From: Fusobacteriia bacterium 4572_74
Lineage (GTDB): Bacteria; Fusobacteriota; Fusobacteriia; Fusobacteriales; Fusobacteriaceae
NCBI GenBank assembly: GCA_002084825.1
Contig: NBMF01000009.1
Location: forward strand, 152 to 64,151
Direction: 5' to 3'
Length of the DNA: 64,000 nt
Shown here: positions 30,919 to 41,828 of the stretch, piece after piece
Position numbering within the stretch: position 1 is the first letter of the stretch
How the letters are laid out: every line of letters begins with the position of its first letter
Notes under the pieces: model-generated
Told to the model about the DNA's origin: nothing
The model's database searches: none
What the model saw: only the letters and a program-made list of their open reading frames with translations
Made by a program: the position numbers and the translations under genes

Positions 30919-31623
30919 ATGTTATATATTGTAGCAACTCCAATAGGAAACCTAGAGGATATGACTTATAGAGGGGTAAGAATTCTAAAAGAGGCAGATT
31001 ATATATTTGCTGAAGATACTAGAGTAACCAGAAAATTATTAAATCATTTTGAGATTGAAAATGTAGTATATAGATACGATGAGCATACTAAGGGTCATCA
31101 GGTTGGGAATATAATAAATTTACTTTTAGAGGGGAAAGATATAGCATTGGTTACAGATGCAGGAACGCCTTGCATTTCAGATCCTGGATATGAAGTAGTG
31201 GATGCGGCTCTTAATAATGATATAAAAGTAGTTCCTATAGCAGGTGTAAGTGCACTTACAGCAGCAGCTTCAGTAGCTGGGATATCTATGAAAAGGATTG
31301 CTTTTGAAGGGTTTTTGCCCAAAAAAAAAGGAAGACAAACACTGTTAAAAGAGTTAGCTAAAGAGGAGAGAGTAGTGGTATTATATGAATCTCCCCATAG
31401 AATCTTGAAAACCCTAAAGGACGTCAATGAATATTTTGGAGATAGATATGTAATTATAGTTAGAGAGATTACAAAGATGTATGAAGAAATAATCAGAGGG
31501 AAAACTTCGGAATTGATCAAAAGATTAGAAGAAAAGCCTATAAAAGGGGAAATTGTTCTTTTGATAAAGGAACAAGAAGTGACTAAAAAGAAAGAAAAAA
31601 TAAATAAATATGCAAGAGATTAG
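30919..31623 (+). CDS. rsmI: 16S rRNA C1402 2'-O-methyltransferase
   Basis: LYIVATPIGNLED, DAGTPCISDPG. Confidence 0.96.
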   Translation: MLYIVATPIGNLEDMTYRGVRILKEADYIFAEDTRVTRKLLNHFEIENVVYRYDEHTKGHQVGNIINLLLEGKDIALVTDAGTPCISDPGYEVVDAALNNDIKVVPIAGVSALTAAASVAGISMKRIAFEGFLPKKKGRQTLLKELAKEERVVVLYESPHRILKTLKDVNEYFGDRYVIIVREITKMYEEIIRGKTSELIKRLEEKPIKGEIVLLIKEQEVTKKKEKINKYARD

Positions 31624-31709
31624 AGACACTTATTCTTATTAAGTATGGAAAGTCTAACATGTGGGATAAAAAAAATAGCTAAAAATAAATTTAGAAAGGA
31701 AATACAATT

Positions 31710-32585
31710 ATGTCAATGACAAAAATAAACTGGTATCCTGGTCATATGAAAAAGACCAAGGAAATGATAATTGAGAATATGAAGATAATAGATATCGTCT
31801 TAGATATCGTAGATGCTAGAATTCCACTTTCAAGTAGAAACCCAGAGATAGCAAAATTTGCTAAAGGGAAAAAAAGAATAGTTCTATTAAATAAATCTGA
31901 TTTAGTGGAAAAATACGAATTAGCATATTGGAAAAATTATTTTGAAGAAAATAACTTAGCTGATTATGTCTTGGAGATCTCAGCTGAAACTGGATACAAT
32001 ATGAAGGCTTTATTTAAGATAATAGATGAAGTAGCCAAGGAGAAATTAGAAAGAATGAAGAAAAAAGGTCTGAGAAAGGTCCAAACAAGACTTATGATTG
32101 CTGGTATTCCAAATGTTGGGAAATCTAGATTGATCAATAGAATTGTAGGTAAAAAAATAACAGGTGTAGGAAATAAACCAGGGTTTACTAGGGGTAAACA
32201 ATGGGTTAGAATAAAAGAAGGTTTAGAGTTGTTGGATACTCCTGGTATCTTATGGCCTAAATTTGAAGATCAAAGAATCGGATATAACTTAGCAATAGCA
32301 GGAGCTATAAAAGACGAAATCTTACCGATCGAGGAAGTAGCTAGTCTGCTTATAAAAAAAATGTTTAGATATAAAAAATCAAAAGTTCTTCAAGAAAAAT
32401 ATAAATTGACAGATGAAGATATGGAAGAGATACCTGAAATTATTTTAGATAGAATTGCTCTTAGAATGAGGATGATCTTAAGTGGTGATAGGGTAAATAC
32501 AAAACAGGCAGCTTTGACCTTATTACGTGATTATAGAGCAAAAAAATTAGGTAAATTTGGATTAGATAAGGATATGTCTGAATAG
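31710..32585 (+). CDS. ylqF: Ribosome biogenesis GTPase RbgA/YlqF
   Basis: WYPGHM, DARIP, GIPNVGKS, DTPG. Confidence 0.96.
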   Translation: MSMTKINWYPGHMKKTKEMIIENMKIIDIVLDIVDARIPLSSRNPEIAKFAKGKKRIVLLNKSDLVEKYELAYWKNYFEENNLADYVLEISAETGYNMKALFKIIDEVAKEKLERMKKKGLRKVQTRLMIAGIPNVGKSRLINRIVGKKITGVGNKPGFTRGKQWVRIKEGLELLDTPGILWPKFEDQRIGYNLAIAGAIKDEILPIEEVASLLIKKMFRYKKSKVLQEKYKLTDEDMEEIPEIILDRIALRMRMILSGDRVNTKQAALTLLRDYRAKKLGKFGLDKDMSE

Positions 32586-32596
32586 GAGATTTTTAT

Positions 32597-33430
32597 ATGA
32601 ATGATATTAAATCAAAAATAAAATTAAATATGGAATTGACTGAAAAAATACTGGTAAATTTTATCAGAGAAGAGGTTAGAAGTGCTGGATTTGAAAAAGT
32701 GGTTTTAGGATTATCTGGAGGAATAGATTCAGCTATAGTAGCTTTTTTAGCTGTAAAAGCACTGGGAGCCAAAAATGTATTGGGAATAATGATGCCCTAT
32801 AAATCTTCTAGTTGTGAGAGTTTAGAAGATGCCCAAAGAGTTGTAAAAGCTACTGGGATGAGGGTTAAAAAGATAGAGATTACAGATATAGTAGATGCAT
32901 ATTTTGCCAAAGAACCTGATATTTCAGATCTGAGAAAAGGAAATAAAATGGCTCGTGAAAGGATGACTATCTTATATGATTATTCAGCCAAAGAGAAATC
33001 ATTGGTATTGGGGACTTCTAATAAGACAGAAATCTTGCTCGGCTACAGTACCCAATGGGGAGACTCAGCATCGGCAATCAATCCTATAGGGGATTTGTTA
33101 AAAACTCAGGTTTGGGAATTATCTGAATATATGGGTATTCCAAAAGAAGTTATTGAGAAAAAACCAAGTGCCGATCTTTGGGAAGGGCAGTCCGACGAGG
33201 ATGAATTAGGATTTTCATACTTTTTAGCTGATGAGATCATTAATTTATTGGTGGATGAAAGGTATACAAAGGAGGAAATTTTAGAAATAGGTTACTCTGA
33301 AAAAATTGTAGATTCTATCCTTTGGAGGATAAAAACCAATCAATATAAGAGAAAACTACCTCTCATAGCTAAAATATCTAATAGGACTATGGAAAGAGAA
33401 TTTAGATACCCAAGAGACTGGGGGATATAA
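32597..33430 (+). CDS. nadE: NH3-dependent NAD+ synthetase
   Basis: GLSGGIDS, ARERM, PSADL. Confidence 0.95.
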   Translation: MNDIKSKIKLNMELTEKILVNFIREEVRSAGFEKVVLGLSGGIDSAIVAFLAVKALGAKNVLGIMMPYKSSSCESLEDAQRVVKATGMRVKKIEITDIVDAYFAKEPDISDLRKGNKMARERMTILYDYSAKEKSLVLGTSNKTEILLGYSTQWGDSASAINPIGDLLKTQVWELSEYMGIPKEVIEKKPSADLWEGQSDEDELGFSYFLADEIINLLVDERYTKEEILEIGYSEKIVDSILWRIKTNQYKRKLPLIAKISNRTMEREFRYPRDWGI

Positions 33431-33636
33431 CTAGACTCTTTTTTAATGTTTCCTATAGATTTATATAAGATAGATAAAAAAAGGAGGTAGACTCTCTAGT
33501 TAGTCTACCTCTTATCTCATATTTGGTGTTTGAAAATTAAAATTTATAAAATTGGTATAGATTGATAGAAAAAAGGTTAGAGATTTTAAATCTATGATAT
33601 AAAAAGAAATAAAAAATAAGAAAGGGGTGAAAGTTG

Positions 33637-34470
33637 ATGTTAATTAATAATAAAAAATTTGATTTTGAAAATAAAACTTATACCATGGGAATATTAAATC
33701 TCACTCCTGATTCGTTTTCAGATGGCGGTTTATATATTGATGTAGAAACTGCCATAAAAAGAGCCAAGAAGATGGTAGAAGAGGGAGTGGGTATAATCGA
33801 TGTAGGAGCTGAATCTACTAGACCTGGAGCTACTTATATAGAAGAAGAGGTAGAATTAAAAAGAATACTCCCTGTAGTAAAAAGACTGGTTGCTGAGGTG
33901 GATATCCCTATATCTATTGATACATATAAATCTCGTGTAGCTGAGGAATGTATCAAGGTAGGAGCACATATTATAAATGATATAAAAGGATTGAAAGGGG
34001 ACCCCAACATGGCTGAAGTGATAGCAAAATATGGGGTTTTTGTTATAGCTATGCATATCAAGGGGGAACCTAAAACTATGCAGAAAAATCCTGAGTATGA
34101 TGATATAATAGAAGATATCAAAGTGAGTTTAGAAGAAAGTGTAGATATTGCTGTTAAAGCGGGAGTATCTCCTAAAAAGATAATATTAGATCCAGGAATT
34201 GGGTTTGGTAAAACCTTTGAAAACAATCTAGAAATTATAAAAAAATTATGTGAATTTAAAAAATTAGGGTATCCTATATTAATAGGTGCTTCTCGAAAAG
34301 GCTTTATTGGAGATATATTAGGAACATCTCCCTTAGATAGATTGGAAGGGAATTTAGCAGTAGCAGTGATATCAGCTTATAATGGAGCCGCTATAATAAG
34401 GGGTCACGAGGTGAAGGAAACGGTAAGAGCCTTAAAGATGACAGATGCTATAAAATCAATTAAGAATTGA
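33637..34470 (+). CDS. folP: Dihydropteroate synthase
   Basis: GILNLTPDSFSDGG, ESTRPG, DPGIGF, SRK. Confidence 0.95.
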   Translation: MLINNKKFDFENKTYTMGILNLTPDSFSDGGLYIDVETAIKRAKKMVEEGVGIIDVGAESTRPGATYIEEEVELKRILPVVKRLVAEVDIPISIDTYKSRVAEECIKVGAHIINDIKGLKGDPNMAEVIAKYGVFVIAMHIKGEPKTMQKNPEYDDIIEDIKVSLEESVDIAVKAGVSPKKIILDPGIGFGKTFENNLEIIKKLCEFKKLGYPILIGASRKGFIGDILGTSPLDRLEGNLAVAVISAYNGAAIIRGHEVKETVRALKMTDAIKSIKN

Positions 34471-34621
34471 AATAAGGGGAAGCAAGGAAAAATTCAAAAA
34501 ATAATTTGATAAATATAATTTTCTTTGAAGTTTAGAGTGAATGAAATAAATGAAAAAATATAGGATAATTACAATTAAAAAAAATGAAAAAATATAAATA
34601 ATTACTGAAAGGCAGGAAAAA

Positions 34622-35293
34622 ATGGGAAATAATGTGATATTTAAAGGATCTAACGGTAAACTAATAATAATATTAAATCCTACAATTTCATTTCAGAAAC
34701 TAAAGGATCATTTAGCAAAAAAACTTATGAAATCTAAACAATTATTGATGGGTTATGAAGCAGTTATTGAGTTTAAAGGTAGAGAGTTAAATGAAGATGA
34801 AGAATTAGAATTGTTAAATATTGTAGATGAAACAGTTGATATTAATATTTTATTTGTAACTGATGGAAAAGAGTTACCTTCAAAAGAGATAGAAAAGGTC
34901 GCCAATATAGTAAATGAAGGGATAACAAAATTTCATATAGGAACACTTCGATCTGGAGAGATTTTAGAATATCCTGGCAGTATAGTAATATTAGGGGACG
35001 TCAATCCCGGTTCTATTGTGAAAGCTGAAGGGAACATAGTAGTTATAGGAACCCTAAATGGTGTAGCCCATGCTGGAATAAAGGGAAATAATGAAGCATT
35101 TATTGTGGCTTCTAATATGAACCCATTTCAACTGAAGATAGATGAAGTTCTATTTAAAAATTATAGTAGTAATATATTATTTCGTAGTAAACAAATTATA
35201 CGAAATAAAAATAATATAGCTTATTTGAGAAATAATATATTAATAATAGATAAATTAACAAGAAAATCATTGAAAAATATTGTCACAACTTAG
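34622..35293 (+). CDS. minC: Septum site-determining protein MinC
   Basis: TLRSG, GDVNPG, G.AHAG. Confidence 0.9.
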   Translation: MGNNVIFKGSNGKLIIILNPTISFQKLKDHLAKKLMKSKQLLMGYEAVIEFKGRELNEDEELELLNIVDETVDINILFVTDGKELPSKEIEKVANIVNEGITKFHIGTLRSGEILEYPGSIVILGDVNPGSIVKAEGNIVVIGTLNGVAHAGIKGNNEAFIVASNMNPFQLKIDEVLFKNYSSNILFRSKQIIRNKNNIAYLRNNILIIDKLTRKSLKNIVTT

Positions 35294-35306
35294 GAGGAGC
35301 TCAGAT

Positions 35307-36098
35307 ATGGGAAAAGTGTATGTAGTTACATCTGGAAAAGGTGGAGTAGGTAAAACAACGACCACAGCCAATTTAGGAGTTGGTCTAGCCAAAAATGGTA
35401 ATAGTGTAGTATTGATGGACGCTGATATAGGTCTTAGAAATTTAGATGTAATATTGGGGTTAGAAAATAGAATAGTTTATAATTCTATGGATGTTATGGA
35501 AGGTACTTGCCGGTTAAAACAAGCACTAATAAAAGATAAAAGATACGATAAATTATTTTTACTGCCAGCTTCCCAAACAAATGATAAGATGGATGTTTCA
35601 ATAGATATGATGAAAAAATTAGTAGCTGAGTTAAAAGAAAAGTTTGACTATGTATTGATTGACTGTCCAGCAGGAATAGAGCAAGGATTTAAAAATGCAA
35701 TTGTGGGAGCAGATGAGGCTTTAATAATAACAACTCCAGAGATATCTTCTATAAGGGATGCAGATAGGGTAATAGGTCTACTTGCTGCCAGTGAGATGGG
35801 AGAAATCAAACTTATTGTAAACAGGGTAAAGATGAAGCTGGTCAATGAGGGGAATATGTTACATATGGATGATATTGTAGATATATTAGGACTTGATATA
35901 GTCGGTGTAGTTCCAGATGATGAGGAGATAGTGATCTCTACAAATAAAGGAGAACCAGTTACTGTAAAGGCTGTATCGCCTTCTGGGAAAGCATATATGA
36001 ATATTGCAGGCAGAATAGTAGGAGAAGATATCCCATTTTTAAATATAGATGAAAAGAGAAGTTTTGCCAGTAAATTTAAAAACTTCTTTTCTAGATAG
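35307..36098 (+). CDS. minD: Septum site-determining ATPase MinD
   Basis: SGKGGVGKTT, DIGLRNLD; aggagg RBS before ATG 35307. Confidence 0.96.
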   Translation: MGKVYVVTSGKGGVGKTTTTANLGVGLAKNGNSVVLMDADIGLRNLDVILGLENRIVYNSMDVMEGTCRLKQALIKDKRYDKLFLLPASQTNDKMDVSIDMMKKLVAELKEKFDYVLIDCPAGIEQGFKNAIVGADEALIITTPEISSIRDADRVIGLLAASEMGEIKLIVNRVKMKLVNEGNMLHMDDIVDILGLDIVGVVPDDEEIVISTNKGEPVTVKAVSPSGKAYMNIAGRIVGEDIPFLNIDEKRSFASKFKNFFSR

Positions 36099-36113
36099 GA
36101 GGGGAGGATAGAT

Positions 36114-36371
36114 ATGTTTGAAAAATTATTTGGAAGAAAAAAATCCAGTGCAGTAGCCAAAGATAGATTAAAATTGGTTTTAATCCATGACAGGAGATTG
36201 ATCTCTAATACCGTTTTAAATCAAATGAAAGATGAACTTATTAAAGTTATTTCAAAATATATAAAGATAGAGCAGGAAGAGATTAACATTCAATTTGATG
36301 TAGAGACTGGAAATAGAAATAAGGGAGCACTCATAGTAAATGTTCCTGTAAAAGAGATATTAAAAAGATAA
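36114..36371 (+). CDS. minE: Topological specificity factor MinE
   Basis: AKDRLKLVLIHDR, VISKY. Confidence 0.95.
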   Translation: MFEKLFGRKKSSAVAKDRLKLVLIHDRRLISNTVLNQMKDELIKVISKYIKIEQEEINIQFDVETGNRNKGALIVNVPVKEILKR

Positions 36372-36399
36372 CAAGTGAAATTATTATTAATATAGTCAT

Positions 36400-36436
36400 A
36401 AAAAAAATCAAAGCCTATAGCTTTGATTTTTTTTTT
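36400..36436. terminator. Bidirectional terminator
   Basis: aaaaaaatcaaagc-ctata-gctttgattttttt between convergent genes. Confidence 0.8.
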
Positions 36437-37748
36437 AGTCTCCCTTTTTATTTACTACAAAGGTAAGTGGACAACCTTCGAATCCAAAGGCTTCTCTAAA
36501 TTTATTCTCAATATATCTAATATATGAGAAATGTAATAATTCTGGATGATTACAGAATATAACAAATTTAGGAGGAGCGGATGAAACTTGTGAACAGTAG
36601 TTAACTTTAATAACTCTACCTTTTCTAGTAGGAGGAGCATTTAAAACCATTGCTTCTTTTAATACAGTATTTAACAATCCGGTACTAATTCTCTTATGAT
36701 ATTCTGCATGAATTAAATCTACATGATCGATTAATTTTAATGTTCTTTGACCAGTTAGTGCTGATACAAATTCAATAGGAGCATAACTTAAGAATGGTAG
36801 TTCAACTCTTAAATATTCTCTCATCTTATGCATAGTTTTAGTTTCTTTTTCTACAATATCCCATTTGTTTACAACAATAACGAGGGGTTTTTGTTCCTCA
36901 TGAGCAATACCTGCGATTCTCTTATCTTGTTCAGTAAGACCGTCGTGACCATCTATCAACATGAAACAAACATCGGCTCTTTTGATACTCTTAATTGCTC
37001 TAAGGACAGAGTAATATTCTAAATCTTCTTCTATTTTTGATTTTCTTCTGATACCGGCTGTGTCTATAAGTACATATTTTTCATCATTGTGTATAAATGA
37101 TGAGTCAACAGAATCACGGGTAGTACCAGCAACATTACTTACGATACTTCTTTCTTCTCCTAATAATCTATTGGTTAAAGATGATTTACCAGCATTTGGT
37201 CTACCGATAAGGGCAATTTTTATCCCTTCTTGCTCTTCAGGCATCTCTAACTGATTGATATGTTCTACAACTGTATCCAACATATCTCCTAAGTTTACTT
37301 TGTGTTCTGCTGATACAGGAGCTAGATCTTCAAATCCTAATCCCCAAAAATCATATGTATCTTCTAATTGAGCTTGATAGTTATCGATCTTATTTACACA
37401 TAGAATCACATGTTTATTTTTCTTTCTAAGTAAGTAAGCTACCTCTTCATCTAGAGCGGTAACTCCAGCTTTCCCATCTACAACAAATAGAATAACGTCA
37501 GCTTCATTCATAGCAACTTCAGCTTGTTTTTTGATGTTAACCATCATAAAATCGTGGCTTCTAGGCTCTAATCCGCCTGTATCTACTAAGATAAATTCTG
37601 TTCCACACCACTCAGTTTCTCTATAAAGTCTGTCTCTTGTAACACCTGGTTGGTTATCAACGATAGCTACTCTATCTCCTACTAATTTATTAAATAGAGT
37701 AGATTTTCCAACATTTGGTCTACCAACTATGGCAACTATTGGTTTCAT
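36435..37748 (-). CDS. der: Ribosome GTPase Der/EngA
   Basis: Two G domains, GRPNVGKS and GRPNAGKS. Confidence 0.97.
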   Translation of the reverse strand: MKPIVAIVGRPNVGKSTLFNKLVGDRVAIVDNQPGVTRDRLYRETEWCGTEFILVDTGGLEPRSHDFMMVNIKKQAEVAMNEADVILFVVDGKAGVTALDEEVAYLLRKKNKHVILCVNKIDNYQAQLEDTYDFWGLGFEDLAPVSAEHKVNLGDMLDTVVEHINQLEMPEEQEGIKIALIGRPNAGKSSLTNRLLGEERSIVSNVAGTTRDSVDSSFIHNDEKYVLIDTAGIRRKSKIEEDLEYYSVLRAIKSIKRADVCFMLIDGHDGLTEQDKRIAGIAHEEQKPLVIVVNKWDIVEKETKTMHKMREYLRVELPFLSYAPIEFVSALTGQRTLKLIDHVDLIHAEYHKRISTGLLNTVLKEAMVLNAPPTRKGRVIKVNYCSQVSSAPPKFVIFCNHPELLHFSYIRYIENKFREAFGFEGCPLTFVVNKKGD

Positions 37749-37882
37749 AATTTATTTCCTCCTAATAACTCCTTCCTTGTTAGTGTTTTCTCTAGAATTA
37801 GATAAAACTATTGCATCTGCTTCGAAGCTTATGCTTTGGTTTCTCTTACGAAGAGAAACCACAAGAAGGAGGAGTAATTTGT

Positions 37883-39488
37883 TTATTTCTTCTTAAATTT
37901 ATTTGTACCCTCGAACTTATTCTTCTTAGGTTTATTATTATTTATATTATCACTATGGATTGCTTTATCTTTAGATTTGGAATGATCTTTATTATAAGAG
38001 TTTCCCATATATCCATTTTTGGTGTCTTTATCGATTAAAATATCTTTTTGTTTATATTTTCTAGCTGTATCCTTTTCCACTTTCATAGATTTCCCTGTAA
38101 ATGGATCTATCTCAGTATAATACATAAGAGTAGAATATGTAGATGGAGTAGGAGTAAAGATTTGAACCTGTTCAGGATTAATTTTTAATTCATGACTGGC
38201 AAAATTTTTAAGATTTTTCATATGTCTCTCATTGCATCCTGGGTGAGCAGCAATTAGATAATAAGTTAAAAATTGTTTTTTCCCTAATCTGTCATTTATC
38301 TTATAAAATTCATCCTTAAATTTTTTTAGTACATCTTTTCCCTGTTTTCCCATAAGACCTAAAATTTCATCTTCAGTATGCTCAGGAGCTATTTTTAACT
38401 GCCCCGAAACATGGTCTTTAACTAAGTTTTCAAGGTATAAAGTTCCACATTTATTGTCATTCATAATAAGGTCATACCTTATTCCAGAAGCTACAAATAC
38501 TTTTTTTACTCCCTCTACTTTTTTGACTCTATCTAGTAATTCTAACTGTTTATTATGGTTTACATTTAAGGTCTTGCAAGTTTTAGGATACATACATCTG
38601 ATATCCTTACAAGCTCCAAATTTTTGTTTTTTCAGACACTCAATTCCATACATATTAGCTGTAGGACCGCCTAGATCAGAGATATATCCTTTAAATGATT
38701 TCATTGTAGAGATATCTTCTACTTCTTTTACGATGGAATCTATACTTCTTTCAGAGATAGTTCTGCCTTGATGAACTGCAATGGCACAGAAATTACATTC
38801 ACCATAACAACCTCTATGTGTAGTAACCGAATGTTTAATAGTATCAAGAGATTTTACCTCCCCCATTTTTTTATAGTATGGGTGGAGTGCTCTCTCATAT
38901 TCTAACCCATAGATCTCGTCCATCTCCTCAGTTGTAGGAATGATCGATGGTGGATTTTGAATCAGATACCTGGTATCTTGTTTTTGTGATAAGCCTACAG
39001 CTGTAATATGATCATTGTTTACATAAAATTTTTCAAAAGCCTCGATAAATTTATATTTATCAGCTTTACATTCCTTCTATCCCACCAATAATAATTGGTT
39101 TAGGAGTATGCTTAAAATTTTTCTTTATAAGATTTGTATATGAAATAGTAGCTCTATCAGGACGTCTATTATTTAATCCACCTGGAGTAAAGTCGTCTTT
39201 CTGTCTTTTTTTTCTGGTAGCAGTATAGTTTGCCACCATAGAGTCAACACATCCAGCAGAAATTGCCCAATATAAATTTGGAGTTCCTAATCTTTTGATA
39301 TCCTCATCACTATTTATATCTGGTTGGGCAATAATCCCCACCTTAAATCCATATTTTAATAGATATTTTCCTATAACAGCACTTCCATTATATGAACTAT
39401 CTACATAGGAATCACCAGAAACTAGAATTATATCCAAAGAATTCCAGCCTAATCTATTCATTTCTTCTCTGGTAGTTGGTAAAAACAT
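37883..39488 (-). pseudogene. YgiQ family radical SAM protein split by internal deletion and frameshift
   Basis: N-part MFLPTT..GGIE breaks at about 39075; other frame resumes ECKADK..QNPP..HRGCYGECNFC. Confidence 0.88.
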
Positions 39489-39655
39489 ATTTTTCTCCCT
39501 CTATTATATTACACTAAAATAATCATTCTAAAATACTATATATTATATCATATATGCACTGTTATTGCACGGGTAAATCTTTTGTATAAATTAATTTCTA
39601 TGGCAAAAAAAACTTTTATGGTAAAATAAATTACAATATTTAAGGAGGAAAAATT

Positions 39656-40297
39656 ATGGTAGATTCTAAATTAAAATCTTATATACATCTAGTTAATTTT
39701 ATAGCTGATTTTTTAGGACCCAATTATGAAGTCGTACTTCATGATGTGAGGAATATAAATAACTCTATAATAGCTATAAAAAACGGACATATTTCTGGAA
39801 GAAAGATAGGAGGACCATTAGCTGATCTTTCTTTTAAACATATAAAAGAAAATATAAATAATGGTAAAAAATATCTGCTCTTATATGGAAAAACAAAGGA
39901 TGGAAGACAGCTAAAAACTTCTACATATTTCATTAGAGATGAAAAAGAAGATATTATAGGTTTGTTGGGAATAAATACTGATATTTCAAATTTTGTGGAA
40001 CTCAAAAAAAGGATGGAAAATTTTATTAACTACGGTGGTAATAATATTAAAGAAGATAGGGAAGAAGAACATTTTGAAAGTTCCATAGAAGATATTATGG
40101 ATTCTATAATAAATAAAGTCGTTGCAGAATCTATAATTTCTGTAGATCGGATGGATCACCTAGAAAAAATAGAGATAACTAAAAAATTAAATTCAAAAGG
40201 AGTGTTTTTAATAAAGGGGTCGGTTGCTAAGGTAGCTGAAAAACTAAAAACCTCGGAAGCCACAATGTATAGGTATATAAAACAGGTGAGTAAATAA
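39656..40297 (+). CDS. YheO-like PAS plus HTH regulator
   Basis: EVVLHD, NGHISGR.IG, KGVFLIKG..VA..YRY. Confidence 0.92.
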   Translation: MVDSKLKSYIHLVNFIADFLGPNYEVVLHDVRNINNSIIAIKNGHISGRKIGGPLADLSFKHIKENINNGKKYLLLYGKTKDGRQLKTSTYFIRDEKEDIIGLLGINTDISNFVELKKRMENFINYGGNNIKEDREEEHFESSIEDIMDSIINKVVAESIISVDRMDHLEKIEITKKLNSKGVFLIKGSVAKVAEKLKTSEATMYRYIKQVSK

Positions 40298-40317
40298 CTA
40301 TAGAAGTTTGAAATAGA

Positions 40318-40350
40318 GAAAGGAGTCTGGCAATTGCCAAACTCCTTTTT
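40318..40350 (+). terminator. Intrinsic terminator
   Basis: aaggagtctggca-at-tgccaaactcctttt. Confidence 0.7.
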
Positions 40351-40408
40351 GTTATTTTTTTTAAGAATATTATCCGGATGAATTCGAAGTTAGTCTATTT
40401 TTTATCTA

Positions 40409-40852
40409 TTAAGGAATTATATTCTTATGAAGTGGTGTGATATTGTTATATTCAATAGATTCTAATTCTTTAAATTTCTTAAAAATATCTTCTCCCGAAT
40501 TTATATACATATTTTTCCATAGGATATCTTCCGAACAGATAAATGGGTACTTTATTTTGAGTTCTCTGACAATATTTTTAAACTTAAATTTAATTGTCTC
40601 TAGAGGTATCTTCTCTGACGGAGCGGAAATTATAAATTTAGAAGTACATAATCTCCCTACTGTATTCTCATTCCTAAAATGTTTTTTCAAAAGTTTCGCT
40701 GTATACGCTATGATGTTATCTCTAAAAAACATTTTATGATTGTCCTTTCCTATATAAATAATTTGTATGATAAGCTCTATGACAAAATTGATATTAGTTG
40801 GCAAAATAAGCCAATAACAATATATGTTTATAAGGGAATACATATGTATCAT
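40409..40852 (-). pseudogene. Degenerate GGDEF-like remnant
   Basis: FRNENTVGRLCTSKFII resembles the D.vgR.GGDEF.i region; N-terminus looks scrambled. Confidence 0.35.
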
Positions 40853-41140
40853 TCCATATTAATTTAAAAAAAGCAAAATATTTTAATTGAAGTGAAAATA
40901 TCACCCAATGCATATAATATTAATTTATCTTCAAATTATTTTCTAGTTTTTTGGAATATTTTTTTCAAATATTCCCCTAAATTTACTGAGAAAGAAAAAA
41001 TTCTATTATGAATTTTGGGATAAATGGAAGGGAATGAAAAAAATAAAATAAAAATTTTGAGTAGACTTCAAACAGATAAAGGAAGTTGATATTGTGAGTT
41101 ACCTTCAAAGGAATAAATAAAAAATTTACTTGCAGGGGGA

Positions 41141-41774
41141 ATGAAGATGTTTAGAAAAAATAATAAATTAATCTGGATATTATTTATCTTCTTAATTTTA
41201 CCGTTAAAGACCTTTTCATTTCTTAAGATAAATGTAGATCCAATGTATGTGGAGATGGATATAAGAAAACAGCAGGCTCAGGTTAAAAAAACCAATCGAT
41301 ACTACAGGTATAGATTACGCTACCAAGATATGCTTCGATGAACTTGTGCCAGACAAAAGTAGTGGTAGTAAGATCCCAGTTACAGAAGGAGTGGTAAAAT
41401 TTCAGACAAATTATGTTGTGAGGTTGGAAATGTATGCTGTAGGCAGTTCGGGGATGATTTCTCCAGCAGTCAACCTAAAAGATGCTGTGATAGAAGAAGT
41501 AACATCCAATGGTAAAAAATTTAGATACCTGGTTTTTAAAGCAATAAATCAGGGGAAGAACTTCTTTAGACCCAGAGCAAGGGTTGAATTATTGAAAGGG
41601 GAAAAAAATAAATCAGATGCAGTACCAAAATTTTTTAATATGATGGTCCAGAATGAGGAGAGGGATTTGAAGATAGATATCACCAGATTCTCAGTTGGAG
41701 ACCAGCTGAAAATTGAAATCTACGATAGCAGAGAACCTAAAAATATTATTTTTAAGAATGATATAAAAATATAA
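41141..41774 (+). pseudogene. Periplasmic pilus-chaperone-like protein, split by deletion and frameshift
   Basis: Signal peptide plus INVDP..; second frame RLKKPID..DYATKICFDELVP..; second domain FKAINQGKNFFRP. Confidence 0.55.
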
Positions 41775-41828
41775 AATTTTACATAAAGAAAATTTTTACA
41801 TAAAGGTAATACCAAAAAAAACAAGAGG

